Positions 50,218-60,463 of a DNA stretch of 64,000 nt are shown here, one piece after another. The stretch spans positions 352,001 to 416,000 of the forward strand of contig CAVZLN010000003.1 in assembly GCA_963776245.1 (NCBI GenBank), written 5' to 3'. The DNA comes from Candidatus Eiseniibacteriota bacterium. Its GTDB lineage: Bacteria; Eisenbacteria; RBG-16-71-46. Positions within the stretch are counted from its first letter, which is position 1, and each line of letters starts with the position of its first letter. Both the position numbers and the translations under genes were made by a program. Below the pieces are notes generated by a model. That model saw only the letters and a program-made list of their open reading frames with translations, searched no databases and was not told where the DNA came from.

Positions 50218-52848
50218 TCACATCGAGAAGTAGCGCGTCGCCTTGACGAGGAAGATGTTGCTCGCCTTGGTGTCGAGCAGGCGGTCGAACGAGCGCCGGA
50301 TGGCGAAGTCCGGGAGCAGCTCGTGGTCCACACGCTCCTGGGTCCACACCAGGAAGAAGGTCGAGCCGGGCAGGTACTCCCAGCGCAGCACCGCGTTCCC
50401 GCGCAGCGACTTGAAGTCGAAATCGGGATCGTCGAACGAGAACGGCGCGCCGTTCGGCGGCGTGATCGTGATCTTCCCGTCGCTGGAGACCGCCCCCGCG
50501 CCGTAGGGGATGAAGTCGTAGCTGCGCGGCCGCGCCAGCTCCTTGTACCCGCCGAATCGAGCGGAGGAGACCAGCGGCTGCGCGAAGAGCTGGAGCGAGA
50601 GCCGCGGGCTGACGGTCCAGTTCAGGCGCACGTTCGCGTACACGGTGCGCTGGTCGAGCGTGGCGAACACGTACCGATGGCCGTAGGTCGCGGTCGCGGC
50701 CGGGTCGTCGTTCCCCGGGACCCACTGGGCGTCCTCGAGGACCCGTTCGTAGCCGGGCCCGACGCCCAGGGTGACGTTCGAGACCGGCTTCCATTCCACG
50801 CTGGGATAGGCGTTCCAGCTGTACGAGCCCGAGGTCTGGCGCGAGCCGTTGACTTCCACGAAATAGGTGATCGGTCGCTGCTCGTCCGTCTCGATGCGCC
50901 CGTAGATCTCCTCGCCCGGCATCATGAGCATGAGCGGGCCGCCGCGCGTGCGCCGCGCGTCGATCGCGCGGAGGAAATGGTCGACGTTGACCTGGGTCTC
51001 CCAGTTGTTGATCCAGGTCGTGCGCGCGCTCGCCCAGCCGGCGACCGCCGTGTGATCGCCATCGAGATCCCAGCTCGAGAACACCGTGCCGAGCACATTC
51101 GCGTAACGGCGCCAGGAATTGGTGGTGGTCCACTGATAGCCGGTGCCGGCGTGGCCGTTGATCACGTCGGCGTATCGCATGTAGCCCATCTCGTTGACGT
51201 CGAACCGCGGGTCCATGTAGCCGACCGCGGCGTTGAGGAGCACGTTCCCGTTCTGTTTGTTGAGCCAGTACCGGCTGCCGAAACCGGTCAGCGAGCGGGC
51301 CCCCGGGTCGAGCCGGTCGCCGACGCGGTCCGGGCGCTGGAGATAGTGGCGCGGCGAGCGCTGGAGCGCGTCGATCCGCGCCGGGCTGCCATCGATGCGC
51401 GACAGGGCGGTCCAGCCCGAGATCACATAGGTCTTGCGGGCATCGAGGAAGGTCCAGCCGTCGAACCCGGCCATCAGCGAACTGCTCGAGAGCGCGTCCC
51501 GGACGTCGGCCCGGTCCAGCCGGCGGGCGGCCAGCGTGCTCATCACGCCGAATCCACTGCGGCGGTCCTTGAACTCCTTGAGCGCGTGGGTGGCGCCGTA
51601 GTACGTCAGCGGCTCGGCCTCGGCGTCCCAGCGCGTGCCGTCCGACTGGTAGCGCGCGGTCTCGCGCCCGGTGAGCGCGTGGAGGGTGCCGAAATTGACC
51701 GTGGGGGTGAGCTTGCCGGTGATCTTCGCGGCGCCGAGGATGCGGGTGCCGATCGGCACGTCGGAGTATTCCGCGCTGTCGTCGACGAGCTGCGGCGAGC
51801 GACCGATGCGGCGGCTGTAGAAGAACATCGGTTCCGGCCAGTTGAAGTTCCAGTAGTCGTTCGCGCCCTCGTTGCCGAAGCGGAAGTTCGACGCGCCCTC
51901 GACGAAGAACGGGCGCTTCTCGTCGAAGAACGACTCGACATCGGACAGGTTCACCACCGCCGGGTCCACCTCGACCTGGCCGAAGTCGGGGTTCGCGGTG
52001 GCGTTCAGCGTCAGCCGGCTGCCGAGGCTGGTGCGCAGGTCCACGCCGCCCTCGGGGGTGTACTCGCTGCCGTCGCGGAACGGGTCAGCGGCGGCGTGGC
52101 GCAGGAACTCGCCCCGGGTGGTGGCGTAGGGCACCACCTCGACGGCGCGCCCCGGGCGGATGCCATCGAGCCCCACCAGGTCGCCGAAGCGGGAGACGAA
52201 TCCGCTCTCCTTCTTGGGCGGGTAGGCGAGGAACGCCTCCTCGGTCTTGCGCGGGAGGACGCGGCGGAGATTCACCCCCCACACCTGGCGGTCGCCCCGA
52301 TTGAAGCGCAGCTGGGAGAACGGGATGCGCATCTCGCAAGTCCATCCGCGGTCGTCCACGTGCGCCGCTCCGCTCCAGACGCCATCCCACGAAGCGTCCT
52401 CGAAACCGTCATTGGAGAGCGTGCCGTCGTACTGCGTGCCGGCGGCGTTCACCATGAAGTAGTAGCCGCTGCGCCGGTCGAGGTAGGGATCGAGGTAGAA
52501 GGAGAAGCGGTCCGCGCTGATGGATACGTCGCGGCGCGCGAGCCGCGCCACGATCGAGTCGGGGTGGGAGTCCCACAGGCGGGCCCCGAGGTAGATGGCG
52601 TCGTCGTCGAAGGCCACGCGCACCTCGGTGCGCTCGGACCCCGGTGCGCCCTCGACCGGGTCGCGCTGGAAGAAGTCGGTGAAGGCGGGGGCACCCTGCC
52701 AGACCGCCTCGGTGAGCTCGCCATCCACGACGATCGGAGCGGTCAGACGCACCGCCGTCACCCGCGGATGGGGGATGGCGTCTCCCACCGCCGCGTCCGC
52801 GATGCCGGCGAGCAGGCAGATCGCGAACAGTGAGAAGAGGCTGCGCAT
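50218..52848 (-). CDS. CBM9-like / DUF5916 outer-membrane protein
   Basis: VDG.L.E.VW, GW..E.RIPFSQLRF, NPDFGQVE.D, EKRPFF.EG, FYSRRIG and LRWEY.PGS motifs. Confidence 0.85.
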   Translation of the reverse strand: MRSLFSLFAICLLAGIADAAVGDAIPHPRVTAVRLTAPIVVDGELTEAVWQGAPAFTDFFQRDPVEGAPGSERTEVRVAFDDDAIYLGARLWDSHPDSIVARLARRDVSISADRFSFYLDPYLDRRSGYYFMVNAAGTQYDGTLSNDGFEDASWDGVWSGAAHVDDRGWTCEMRIPFSQLRFNRGDRQVWGVNLRRVLPRKTEEAFLAYPPKKESGFVSRFGDLVGLDGIRPGRAVEVVPYATTRGEFLRHAAADPFRDGSEYTPEGGVDLRTSLGSRLTLNATANPDFGQVEVDPAVVNLSDVESFFDEKRPFFVEGASNFRFGNEGANDYWNFNWPEPMFFYSRRIGRSPQLVDDSAEYSDVPIGTRILGAAKITGKLTPTVNFGTLHALTGRETARYQSDGTRWDAEAEPLTYYGATHALKEFKDRRSGFGVMSTLAARRLDRADVRDALSSSSLMAGFDGWTFLDARKTYVISGWTALSRIDGSPARIDALQRSPRHYLQRPDRVGDRLDPGARSLTGFGSRYWLNKQNGNVLLNAAVGYMDPRFDVNEMGYMRYADVINGHAGTGYQWTTTNSWRRYANVLGTVFSSWDLDGDHTAVAGWASARTTWINNWETQVNVDHFLRAIDARRTRGGPLMLMMPGEEIYGRIETDEQRPITYFVEVNGSRQTSGSYSWNAYPSVEWKPVSNVTLGVGPGYERVLEDAQWVPGNDDPAATATYGHRYVFATLDQRTVYANVRLNWTVSPRLSLQLFAQPLVSSARFGGYKELARPRSYDFIPYGAGAVSSDGKITITPPNGAPFSFDDPDFDFKSLRGNAVLRWEYLPGSTFFLVWTQERVDHELLPDFAIRRSFDRLLDTKASNIFLVKATRYFSM

Positions 52849-53289
52849 GGGACGGTCCCTCGGGTCGTGGGTCGGCGGATACGGGAGGTTGGACGTACCA
52901 CGCGCGCGATAAGTTGCAGGCGGTTCCATCGCCCCGGGTCGTGCCCCCCGGAGGATGCCGCCGCGGCGCTCCGGAGTGCGGCGCTCGCCGCTCCGTCGCG
53001 CCGCACCGGAGGTCCACGGGGCCCGCGGATCCCGGTCGGTTGGACCGCCGGGCCCGGTCATGGACGGGGCCACCATGCCCCGCGCCAGCGGGGACCGCCA
53101 GCGTGGGACGACCGGCGGCGCGCTTCGGCTCACCAGCGGCGGGGAAGCGTCGGCGAGCGCGATGCCGACGCCCCGGAGCGGCGGGACGGTCCGGCCGGAG
53201 CGTGGAAGGGGAAGATGACCCCGTCGACCTCCCGCCCGGTCCCGACCGGACGAGGGGACCGGGCCGGTCTCACGGTCGGTGAGTGGGGT

Positions 53290-54207
53290 TCACCGATCGC
53301 CGCGCGCCAGCGCGGCCGCCAGTCCCGCGGCCGCCCGCGCGTTGTTCGAGAGCAGCGCGCGGTTCGAGGTCACGCTCGCGCCACCGGTGAGTTCGCTCAG
53401 GCGCCCGAGCAGGAACGGCGTGACCGCGCGCCCGCGCACTCCGCGCTGCGCGGCGTCGGCGAGCGCCGCAGCGAGCGCCTGCTCGTACACCGCGAGCGCC
53501 AGCTCGCCCTCGACCGGCACCGGATTCGCGACCACCACCCCGGTGGTGAAGCCCAGCGACCAGTGCGCGCGCACCGCGTCGGCGAGCGCCGACACCGTGT
53601 CGAAGCCGCGGTCGAGAGGCGCCCCGCCATCGCGGCGGTAGAACGCCGGGAAGCGCTCGGTGCCGAGCCCGTACACCGGCACGCCCAGCGTCTCCAGCAT
53701 CTCGACCGTGCGCGGCAGATCGAGGATGGCCTTCGCGCCCGCGCACACGACGGCCACGCGATGGCGCGCGAGCGCGGTGAGATCCGCCGACACGTCGCCG
53801 CTCTCGGACACGTCGCGGTGGACCCCGCCGATGCCCCCGGTGGCGAACACGCGGATCCCCGCCTCGGCGGCCACGAAGATGCTGGCCGCGACCGTGGTCG
53901 AGCCGGCCCCGCTGCGCATCAGCTCGGCGGCGAAGTTGCTGAGATTGAGCTTCGGCACGTCCCGGAGGGTGGCGAGGCGTTCGAGCTCGGCGGCGGACAT
54001 CCCGACGCGCACCCGCCCCTCGAGCACGCCGATGGTGGCGGGCAGCGCGCCGTGCGCGATCACCTCGCGCTCGAGCGCCGCGGCCACGCGGAGCCCCTCG
54101 GGGTGGGGCAGTCCGTGCGTGACCAGCGTGGTCTCGAGGGCGACCACCGGCCGGTTCGCGGCCAGCGCGCGCGCCACCTCGGGTGCGACGACGAAGCGGT
54201 CGTTCAT
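53290..54207 (-). CDS. psuG: Pseudouridine-5'-phosphate glycosidase
   Basis: VVALETT..HGLP.P, FATGGIGGVHR, DVSADL, GAKAILD and VTPFLL motifs. Confidence 0.93.
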   Translation of the reverse strand: MNDRFVVAPEVARALAANRPVVALETTLVTHGLPHPEGLRVAAALEREVIAHGALPATIGVLEGRVRVGMSAAELERLATLRDVPKLNLSNFAAELMRSGAGSTTVAASIFVAAEAGIRVFATGGIGGVHRDVSESGDVSADLTALARHRVAVVCAGAKAILDLPRTVEMLETLGVPVYGLGTERFPAFYRRDGGAPLDRGFDTVSALADAVRAHWSLGFTTGVVVANPVPVEGELALAVYEQALAAALADAAQRGVRGRAVTPFLLGRLSELTGGASVTSNRALLSNNARAAAGLAAALARGDR

Positions 54208-55115
54208 GCGGTCCTCGGTGACGGCGCGCGACCCAGGCGGCGCGCGGCCTCGTGGGGGGTGGCCGCGAGGAGCCCGGCCGGGCCCCAATCCTCGAGCGCG
54301 AACGAGGTGCTCGCCACCGCGCGCGCCAGCGCGTCATCGAGCGTCTCGCCCGCCAGCAACCCGGCGAGCAGGCCGGCCGCGAAGCAGTCGCCCGCGCCGG
54401 TGGGATCCACCACCGGACCGTCGCCCGCCGCCCATCGCAGCCCGCGGTCGGCGCGCACGTCGTAGAGCACGCCACCGCGCGCGCCGCGCTTGAACGCGAC
54501 CAGGCGCAGCCGGCCGCCGGCGAGCCGACGCAGCGCCGCGCGCGGATCGGCCGCCGCCTCGGGCAGGCGCATCTCGTCCTCGCCGACGAACAACACGTCG
54601 ACCTGCGCGAGCACCTCGCGCCACGCGGGCAGCGTGTCGTCGCTCACCGGCTCGTGCGGGTCGAGCGCCAGGAGCGCGCCCGCCCGGCGCGCCAGCCGCT
54701 CGACCAGCGGGCGCTGCGTCTCGAGCGGCATGGGCGCCAGGTGGAACGCGCGGGCATCGAGGTACGCGGCCGGCAGATCGCCGGGGCCGGGCGACACCTC
54801 GGCGTGGGTCGGACTCCCGAGCCGGTGCACCACGCGGCGGATCGCGCCCTCGTAGAGCAGCCAGGTGCGCAGGCCTTCGCGGTCCAACGGGCGCACCCCC
54901 GTGAGGTCCACGCCGCGGGTGGCGAGCGCGGCGAGCGCCGCCCGCGGGTAGTCGGTCCCGCGCACGCTCGCGACCCCGACCGCGAGCCCCCAGAGCGTGG
55001 CGGCGAGCGAGGCGTAGAGCGTGGCCCCTCCCGGCTCGCCCATGCGCGTGCGGCCGTCGTCGAGCACCACGTCATCGACCAGCAGATTGCCGAGGACCAC
55101 CAGGTCGAGGCTCAT
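54204..55115 (-). CDS. PfkB family carbohydrate/nucleoside kinase
   Basis: GG..Y N-terminal motif and VDPTGAGDCFAAG C-terminal signature. Confidence 0.88.
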   Translation of the reverse strand: MSLDLVVLGNLLVDDVVLDDGRTRMGEPGGATLYASLAATLWGLAVGVASVRGTDYPRAALAALATRGVDLTGVRPLDREGLRTWLLYEGAIRRVVHRLGSPTHAEVSPGPGDLPAAYLDARAFHLAPMPLETQRPLVERLARRAGALLALDPHEPVSDDTLPAWREVLAQVDVLFVGEDEMRLPEAAADPRAALRRLAGGRLRLVAFKRGARGGVLYDVRADRGLRWAAGDGPVVDPTGAGDCFAAGLLAGLLAGETLDDALARAVASTSFALEDWGPAGLLAATPHEAARRLGRAPSPRTA

Positions 55116-55936
55116 CGCGCGGACGGCAGCTCCGCGAAGGCCCGCGCCATCGCGCGCGCGCGCTGCGGGTCGAGCGCGTTCGACCACACGCCGCCCTCCT
55201 TCACCCACGACCCGACGATGAATCCGTCGGCGTCGACGAAGCGCGCGAGATTGTCCGCGGTGAGCCCCGAGCCCACGAGCACCGGGAGGGACACCGCCGC
55301 CCGCACCGCGTTCACGTCGTCCAGGCCGGTGGCGCGACCGGTGGCGGTGCCGGTGACGACCACGCCGTCGGCGAGGAAGAACTCCGCCGCGCGCGCGGTC
55401 TCGGCGAGATCCACGTCGGCGGTCAGCGCGTGCGAGGCGTGCTTCTTCTTGATGTCGGCGAACACGCGCACGCCCCCGGCGCCGATCGCCCTGCGATAGC
55501 GCAGCAGATCGCCCGCGTCGGCGGCGATCGGTCCTTCATCGGCCACGTGCGCGAACACGAACCCCTCGACGCGCACGAACGAGGCGCCGCAGGCCAGCGC
55601 CACCGCCAGCGCCTCGCGGTTGGCGCCCGCCAGCACCTGCACCCCGAGCGGCAGCGCCGCCTCGCGCCGCACCTCTTGCCCGACCACGCTCATCGCCGCG
55701 ACCACCTCGGGCCCCGCCGCACGATTGAGGTACGGCCGGTCGTGCATGTTCTCGATCAGGATCGCGGTGAACCCCGCGGCGCGGTAGACCCGCGCCTCGT
55801 CCACGGCCCGTGCGACGACGGTCTCGAGGGTCTCGGACGCCGCCGGGGTGCCCGGCAGCGCGCCGACGTGGATCATGCCGATGAGCGCGCGCGGCGCGGC
55901 GAAGAGCTCGCGCATCAGGGTGGGGCGGTCGGACAT
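55112..55936 (-). CDS. BtpA/SgcQ family TIM-barrel protein
   Basis: IGMIH..LPG.P, IENMHD.PY, ADIKKKH, VVTG.ATG, GSG and IVGS..K.GG motifs. Confidence 0.9.
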   Translation of the reverse strand: MSDRPTLMRELFAAPRALIGMIHVGALPGTPAASETLETVVARAVDEARVYRAAGFTAILIENMHDRPYLNRAAGPEVVAAMSVVGQEVRREAALPLGVQVLAGANREALAVALACGASFVRVEGFVFAHVADEGPIAADAGDLLRYRRAIGAGGVRVFADIKKKHASHALTADVDLAETARAAEFFLADGVVVTGTATGRATGLDDVNAVRAAVSLPVLVGSGLTADNLARFVDADGFIVGSWVKEGGVWSNALDPQRARAMARAFAELPSAR

Positions 55937-56023
55937 GACGGGGCTCCGGAAGGGAAGAGGCGGATCGCGGCCGGACTCTAGCGCAGAGCCCGGGCGGGCG
56001 CACGAGGGCGCCCCGCCTTCGAG

Positions 56024-57856
56024 CTAGGCCGCGTCGCGCGCCCGCTCGCTCTGCCGCATCGGCACCTCGAGGATGAAGGTGCTGCCGCCGCCCGGATGGC
56101 TCTCCGCGCACAGCCGGCCGCCGTGCGCCTCGGCGATCGCCGTCGCGATCGGCAGCCCGAGTCCGAGCCCGGGCACGTCGAACTCGAGACCGGTGGAGGA
56201 CCGGTGCTTGAGCGGATCGCCCGGGGTGAAGCCGTCGGTGAGCACGGCATCGAGCCGGCCCGCCTCGATGCCGATGCCGGTGTCCTGCACCTCGATCCGC
56301 AGCATGCTGTCGCGCCCGCGGGCCCGCACGTCGACACGACCGCCGTCGGGGGTGAATCGGATGCCGTTCGTCACCAGCTGCAGGATCGCCTGCTCGATGC
56401 TCTCGGCGTCCACCTCGACCGGTTCGTCGAACGGCTCGCAGTGGGTCTCGACCCGGACGGCCCGGCCGGAGCCCGCCGCCACCGCGGCCCCGACCGCGTT
56501 GCGCACCAGGGCCGGCACGTCGCGCGGCTGGAGTTCCAGCACCAGCCGTTCGCCCTTCACGCGCGCGAAGCGCGCCGCGTCTTCGGCCAGCCGCGTGAGC
56601 CGCGCGAGATGCGAGCGCATGGTGTCGAGGGCGTGCTTCTGCGCGGGGCTCACCGGCCCCAGTCCACCGCCCACGAACAGGTCGTGATAGCCGATCAGCA
56701 CGCTGATGGGCGTGCGCAGCTCGTGCGCGGCCACGCTCAGGAAGCGGCTCTTGAGCCGCGTCCCCTGCTCGAGGCTTCCAAGGTAGGCGCGCTCCCGGCG
56801 CCGCATCTCGCCGAAGCGGGTCGCCAGATATCCGAGCTCGTCGTTTCCGCTCGCCCCGAGCGGGTGTTCGTAGTTGCCCTTTTCCATCTCCTGCGCGCCG
56901 CGCACCAGGCGCTGCACCGGGCCGAGGATCTGCCCGCTGAACACCAGTCCGGTGATCAGCGCCGCCGCGAGCGCGAGGGCCACCAGCACCAGCAGGTCGC
57001 GGCGCATGTGGCTCAGGAACGACGTCTCGGGATCGAACGAGCGCTGCATCACGTAGTACTGGCGCGCCCCGGGGTCGGAGCCCGGGATGCGCCGCGCGAC
57101 CGTCAGGTAGTCGGCGCCCGGCGCGCGCACCCGCTCCACCGCGGGCCGTCCGCGCCCGGGCTCCGCCGTCAGGTCCACGCGCTCGAGCGCCCGCACCAGC
57201 GCGGTCCGGTCGCCCGGGGCCTGGAGCGTGCTGCCGGTGAAGGTGGTGCCGGAGAAGAATGTCACCTCGCAGCGCATCTGCGATTTCAGTTCGCGCGCCA
57301 GGCTCGGTCCGATCTCCCGGCCGAGCAGCAGCACTCCGACGATCCGCCCGTCGGAGACCACCGGGGTGAGCGCGACCTGGAAGTGCGCGCGCGACTCGAT
57401 CAGGATGCCCTCGACCCGCGAACCGCGGAGCGCCCGGCGCACGAAGGGCGCGCGTGCGCTGGGCGTCGAGGACGCGCCGCCGACCGAGGCCAGGACGCGC
57501 CCGCGACGGTCCAGCACCTCGAACAGGTCGGTCTGGGCGATCTGATTGAAGTCCCGCGCCATGTCGCGCATGGTGGCGACGAACCGGCTGTCGCGCTGCG
57601 AGATCCCGAGCATCAGGAACGAGAAGAAGCGCGGGTCCCGTGCGATCACGCGCCCGCCGCCCGCCAGCTCGCGCGAGCGCGTCTCGAGCACGCTCTCGAA
57701 CACCGACGCCGAGCGCTCGAGGCTCTCGTGGATGCTCGACGAGTCCACGTGCGTGGTGACGTTGCGGCTCACGACCGCGAGTGTCGCCACGGCCAGGATC
57801 GCCGGAGTGAACACCGCGAGCAGCATGATCTTCCACCGCAGGCTGATCCGCATCAT
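56024..57856 (-). CDS. Membrane sensor histidine kinase (Cache-like, HAMP, HisKA, HATPase)
   Basis: Two TM helices, DELG.LA..F..M (HAMP), AHELRTP, N..RFT, DTG.GI and GLGLGL motifs. Confidence 0.92.
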   Translation of the reverse strand: MMRISLRWKIMLLAVFTPAILAVATLAVVSRNVTTHVDSSSIHESLERSASVFESVLETRSRELAGGGRVIARDPRFFSFLMLGISQRDSRFVATMRDMARDFNQIAQTDLFEVLDRRGRVLASVGGASSTPSARAPFVRRALRGSRVEGILIESRAHFQVALTPVVSDGRIVGVLLLGREIGPSLARELKSQMRCEVTFFSGTTFTGSTLQAPGDRTALVRALERVDLTAEPGRGRPAVERVRAPGADYLTVARRIPGSDPGARQYYVMQRSFDPETSFLSHMRRDLLVLVALALAAALITGLVFSGQILGPVQRLVRGAQEMEKGNYEHPLGASGNDELGYLATRFGEMRRRERAYLGSLEQGTRLKSRFLSVAAHELRTPISVLIGYHDLFVGGGLGPVSPAQKHALDTMRSHLARLTRLAEDAARFARVKGERLVLELQPRDVPALVRNAVGAAVAAGSGRAVRVETHCEPFDEPVEVDAESIEQAILQLVTNGIRFTPDGGRVDVRARGRDSMLRIEVQDTGIGIEAGRLDAVLTDGFTPGDPLKHRSSTGLEFDVPGLGLGLPIATAIAEAHGGRLCAESHPGGGSTFILEVPMRQSERARDAA

Positions 57857-58518
57857 CACTTCACCAGGTCGAGCTGGACATCGCCGCGCTTCGGCACCTC
57901 GGCGGTGCGCGCGAACTCGCCCAACCCGGGATGGAAGACGTTCACCGTATACGAGCCCGGCGGCAGCTTCGGCAGGCGATAGTGTCCGAGCGAGTCCGGG
58001 CGCGTGAAGACGTGGTTGGGAGTGACCACCACGTAGCCCTGCTCGTCCGGATGGATGTCGCAGTGCAGGTTCACGACCCCGGGGCGCGCGAATCCGATCG
58101 TGTCGCTCGCGCCGGGGGCGTTCTTGCCGAGGTCGAAACGCATCGCCGGGGACACGCTGAAGACGTTGTGGTAGACCCGGTCCAGGTTGAGGAACGCGAC
58201 GCGGGTGCCCGCCGCGACCACGGCGACGCGCGGATCGAAGCGGGCGCGCTGGACCACCTTCTGCACGCGCACCCGCGGCGAGCCGTGGAAGAACCAGAGT
58301 CGACGCGGGCGGGCGAGATCGCGCTCGACCTGCTCGGGCACGCGCTCGACGTAGATGACCGCATCGGTCACCCCGCGCTGCCGCCCCGCCTCCGGGGCGC
58401 GCGCCGGTCGCTGCGCCCGCGGGCCCATCCAGAGCGTGCCCTGGATGACGCCGGCGGCGGCCCCGCTGGCCACCAGCGCCGTGACGATGACCGTCCCTGC
58501 CACCGCCTTGAACCGCAT
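57856..58518 (-). CDS. Exported cupredoxin-like (MauL-like) protein with carboxypeptidase-regulatory-like domain
   Basis: F.P.V..V..GT.V.F.N.D...HNVFS and CDIH motifs; TGATG coupling to the kinase. Confidence 0.75.
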   Translation of the reverse strand: MRFKAVAGTVIVTALVASGAAAGVIQGTLWMGPRAQRPARAPEAGRQRGVTDAVIYVERVPEQVERDLARPRRLWFFHGSPRVRVQKVVQRARFDPRVAVVAAGTRVAFLNLDRVYHNVFSVSPAMRFDLGKNAPGASDTIGFARPGVVNLHCDIHPDEQGYVVVTPNHVFTRPDSLGHYRLPKLPPGSYTVNVFHPGLGEFARTAEVPKRGDVQLDLVK

Positions 58519-58654
58519 CCATCCTCCGGGGTGTCCGATTCGTGTCGCGTCCGCGCGGCACGGCCTGGGGCCGCGGGTCGGGCTGCCCGGGTTATCGGCC
58601 GCCGCGGGGGCGAGGATTAGCGCGGGTGGCGGGAGGAGGATCCGCGCCCGGGAC

Positions 58655-60463
58655 TCATCTCCACCAGCTGTCCACCTTCGCCACCACCTCGGGCAGGTTC
58701 GCGACCGGCTCCGGATAGCCGGGCTTCCAGGTGGCGTCGAGGCCGAGCGGGCCGCGGCAGGTGAGCCACGCGCCGCGCGTCGTGGTGGAAGCGGGCACGG
58801 TGTCGCGCGCGCAATCGAATCGCGTGAACACCCCCCACAGCAGCGTGGCATCGTCCATGAGATCCACGTCCTCGCTCACCGCGACGATGAGCGGCACCGC
58901 CGCGTACTCGTTCCGGCGCACCAGCGCCTCGATCACCTCGCGCCCGGGCGTGCTCCCCGCGGGTGGCGGATCGTCGGCGTTCCAGCCGGCTCCGTCGCCC
59001 CCGACCGCGCCCTTCACCCGCACCGCGAGCACCCCACCCCACGCGAGCCGCCAGTCCAGCACGCGCTGGTCGAACGCGCGCGGGTCCGCGACCTCCGCCA
59101 GCGGCGCGCGCGGCGCGCGTCCGGGCTTGGCCTGGGCGTCGAGCACCATCTTGCTGCCGAGGTTCATGGTGTACGAGGTGAAGTCGAGGGTGTCGAGCGG
59201 CACGCCGGGCAGCAGCAGGAAATCCTCCGACGCGTCGAAGTGCCGCGCCAGGGCGCCGAACACCGCCTGGCGGTCGCGCGGATCGACGGTGGCATCCACC
59301 AGGATCACGCACTTGGTGAGCGACAGCTGCCCGGTGCCGAGCAGGCCGAGCGCGGTCTTGCGGGCCTCGCGCGCGAAGCGGTTCTCGACCGAGACCACCA
59401 GCAGATTGTGGAAACCGGCCTCGAAGTAGGCCCACAGGTCCGCGACCTCGGGGTGGATGACCTTGAGGACCCCGGTGAACATCTCCTGCACCGCCTCGCC
59501 CATCCACAGATCCTCCTGCGGGGGCTTGCCGACGATGCTGGCCTGGAACACCGGCCGTTCGCGGTGGGTCACCGACCGCACGTGGAACACCGGGAAGTCC
59601 GCGGCATGGGAGTAGTGGCCGAAATGATCGCCGAACGGGCCTTCGAGCCGGCGCTCGCCGGCCGGCACGAGGCCCTCGATCACGAACTCGGCGTCGGCAG
59701 GCACCCACATCGCGAGCGAACGCGCCCGGGCGATCCGGGTCCGGCGCCCGCGCAGGAAGCCGGCGAACGCCAGTTCGTCGATGCCCTCGGGCAGGGGCGC
59801 CACCGCGGCGAGCAGTGTGGCGGGATCGGCGCCGACGGCGACCGCGACCTCGAGGGCGACGCCGCGCTTCTCGGCCTGGTGGAAGTGGAAGCCGCCCCCC
59901 TTGCCGATCTGCCAGTGCATTCCGGTGGTCGCGGCGTCGTACACGTGCATGCGGTAGATGCCGAGGTTGCGCCGCCGGGTGCCGGGGTCTTCCGTGAACA
60001 CCAGCGGGAAGGTGATGAAGCGCCCGCCGTCCCTCGGCCACAGTCGCAGGATGGGCAGCGCCGACAGATCGGCGCCGAGCGCGTGGGCCTGCGCCGGTCC
60101 GCTGGCGAGTCGCTCGGGCCGGCCCGCCAGCACGCGCGCGGCCGAGCCGCGCAATGCCCAGAGGTCGGCGAGCGACCCGCGCGGCAGGTGGTGGAAGAGC
60201 TCCTCGATCTCGGCTCCCACCTCGCGTGGGGTGCGGCCGATCGCCCACTCGATGCGCCGCGTCGCCGCCAGGACGTTCACCGCGAGCGGGAAGCGGGCGC
60301 CGCGCACGTTCTCGAACAGGAGCGCCGGGCCCTCGCGCTTCGCCTCGCGGCAGGCGATCTCGGTGACCTCGTGCGCCCAGTCCACCTCGCGCGTGACGCG
60401 CGTGAGGTCGCCGCGGCGCTCGAGGTCGGTGAGGAAGTCCGACAGCGAACGGAAGCCCTTCAT
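58655..60463 (-). CDS. UbiD-family (prFMN) decarboxylase, menaquinone biosynthesis type
   Basis: GPALLFENV, WPRDGG.FIT, RNLGIYR, EGPFGDHFGHY, GKPPQED and P.DTLD motifs. Confidence 0.9.
   Translation of the reverse strand: MKGFRSLSDFLTDLERRGDLTRVTREVDWAHEVTEIACREAKREGPALLFENVRGARFPLAVNVLAATRRIEWAIGRTPREVGAEIEELFHHLPRGSLADLWALRGSAARVLAGRPERLASGPAQAHALGADLSALPILRLWPRDGGRFITFPLVFTEDPGTRRRNLGIYRMHVYDAATTGMHWQIGKGGGFHFHQAEKRGVALEVAVAVGADPATLLAAVAPLPEGIDELAFAGFLRGRRTRIARARSLAMWVPADAEFVIEGLVPAGERRLEGPFGDHFGHYSHAADFPVFHVRSVTHRERPVFQASIVGKPPQEDLWMGEAVQEMFTGVLKVIHPEVADLWAYFEAGFHNLLVVSVENRFAREARKTALGLLGTGQLSLTKCVILVDATVDPRDRQAVFGALARHFDASEDFLLLPGVPLDTLDFTSYTMNLGSKMVLDAQAKPGRAPRAPLAEVADPRAFDQRVLDWRLAWGGVLAVRVKGAVGGDGAGWNADDPPPAGSTPGREVIEALVRRNEYAAVPLIVAVSEDVDLMDDATLLWGVFTRFDCARDTVPASTTTRGAWLTCRGPLGLDATWKPGYPEPVANLPEVVAKVDSWWR

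Noticed and set aside
49693..52833. 1046-aa plus-strand ORF, and similar long ORFs at 21982-24351, 24572-26671, 26409-28649 and 42207-44903
   Set aside because: Shadows of recognisable genes on the opposite strand; Arg/Ala/Gly-rich with no family signature.
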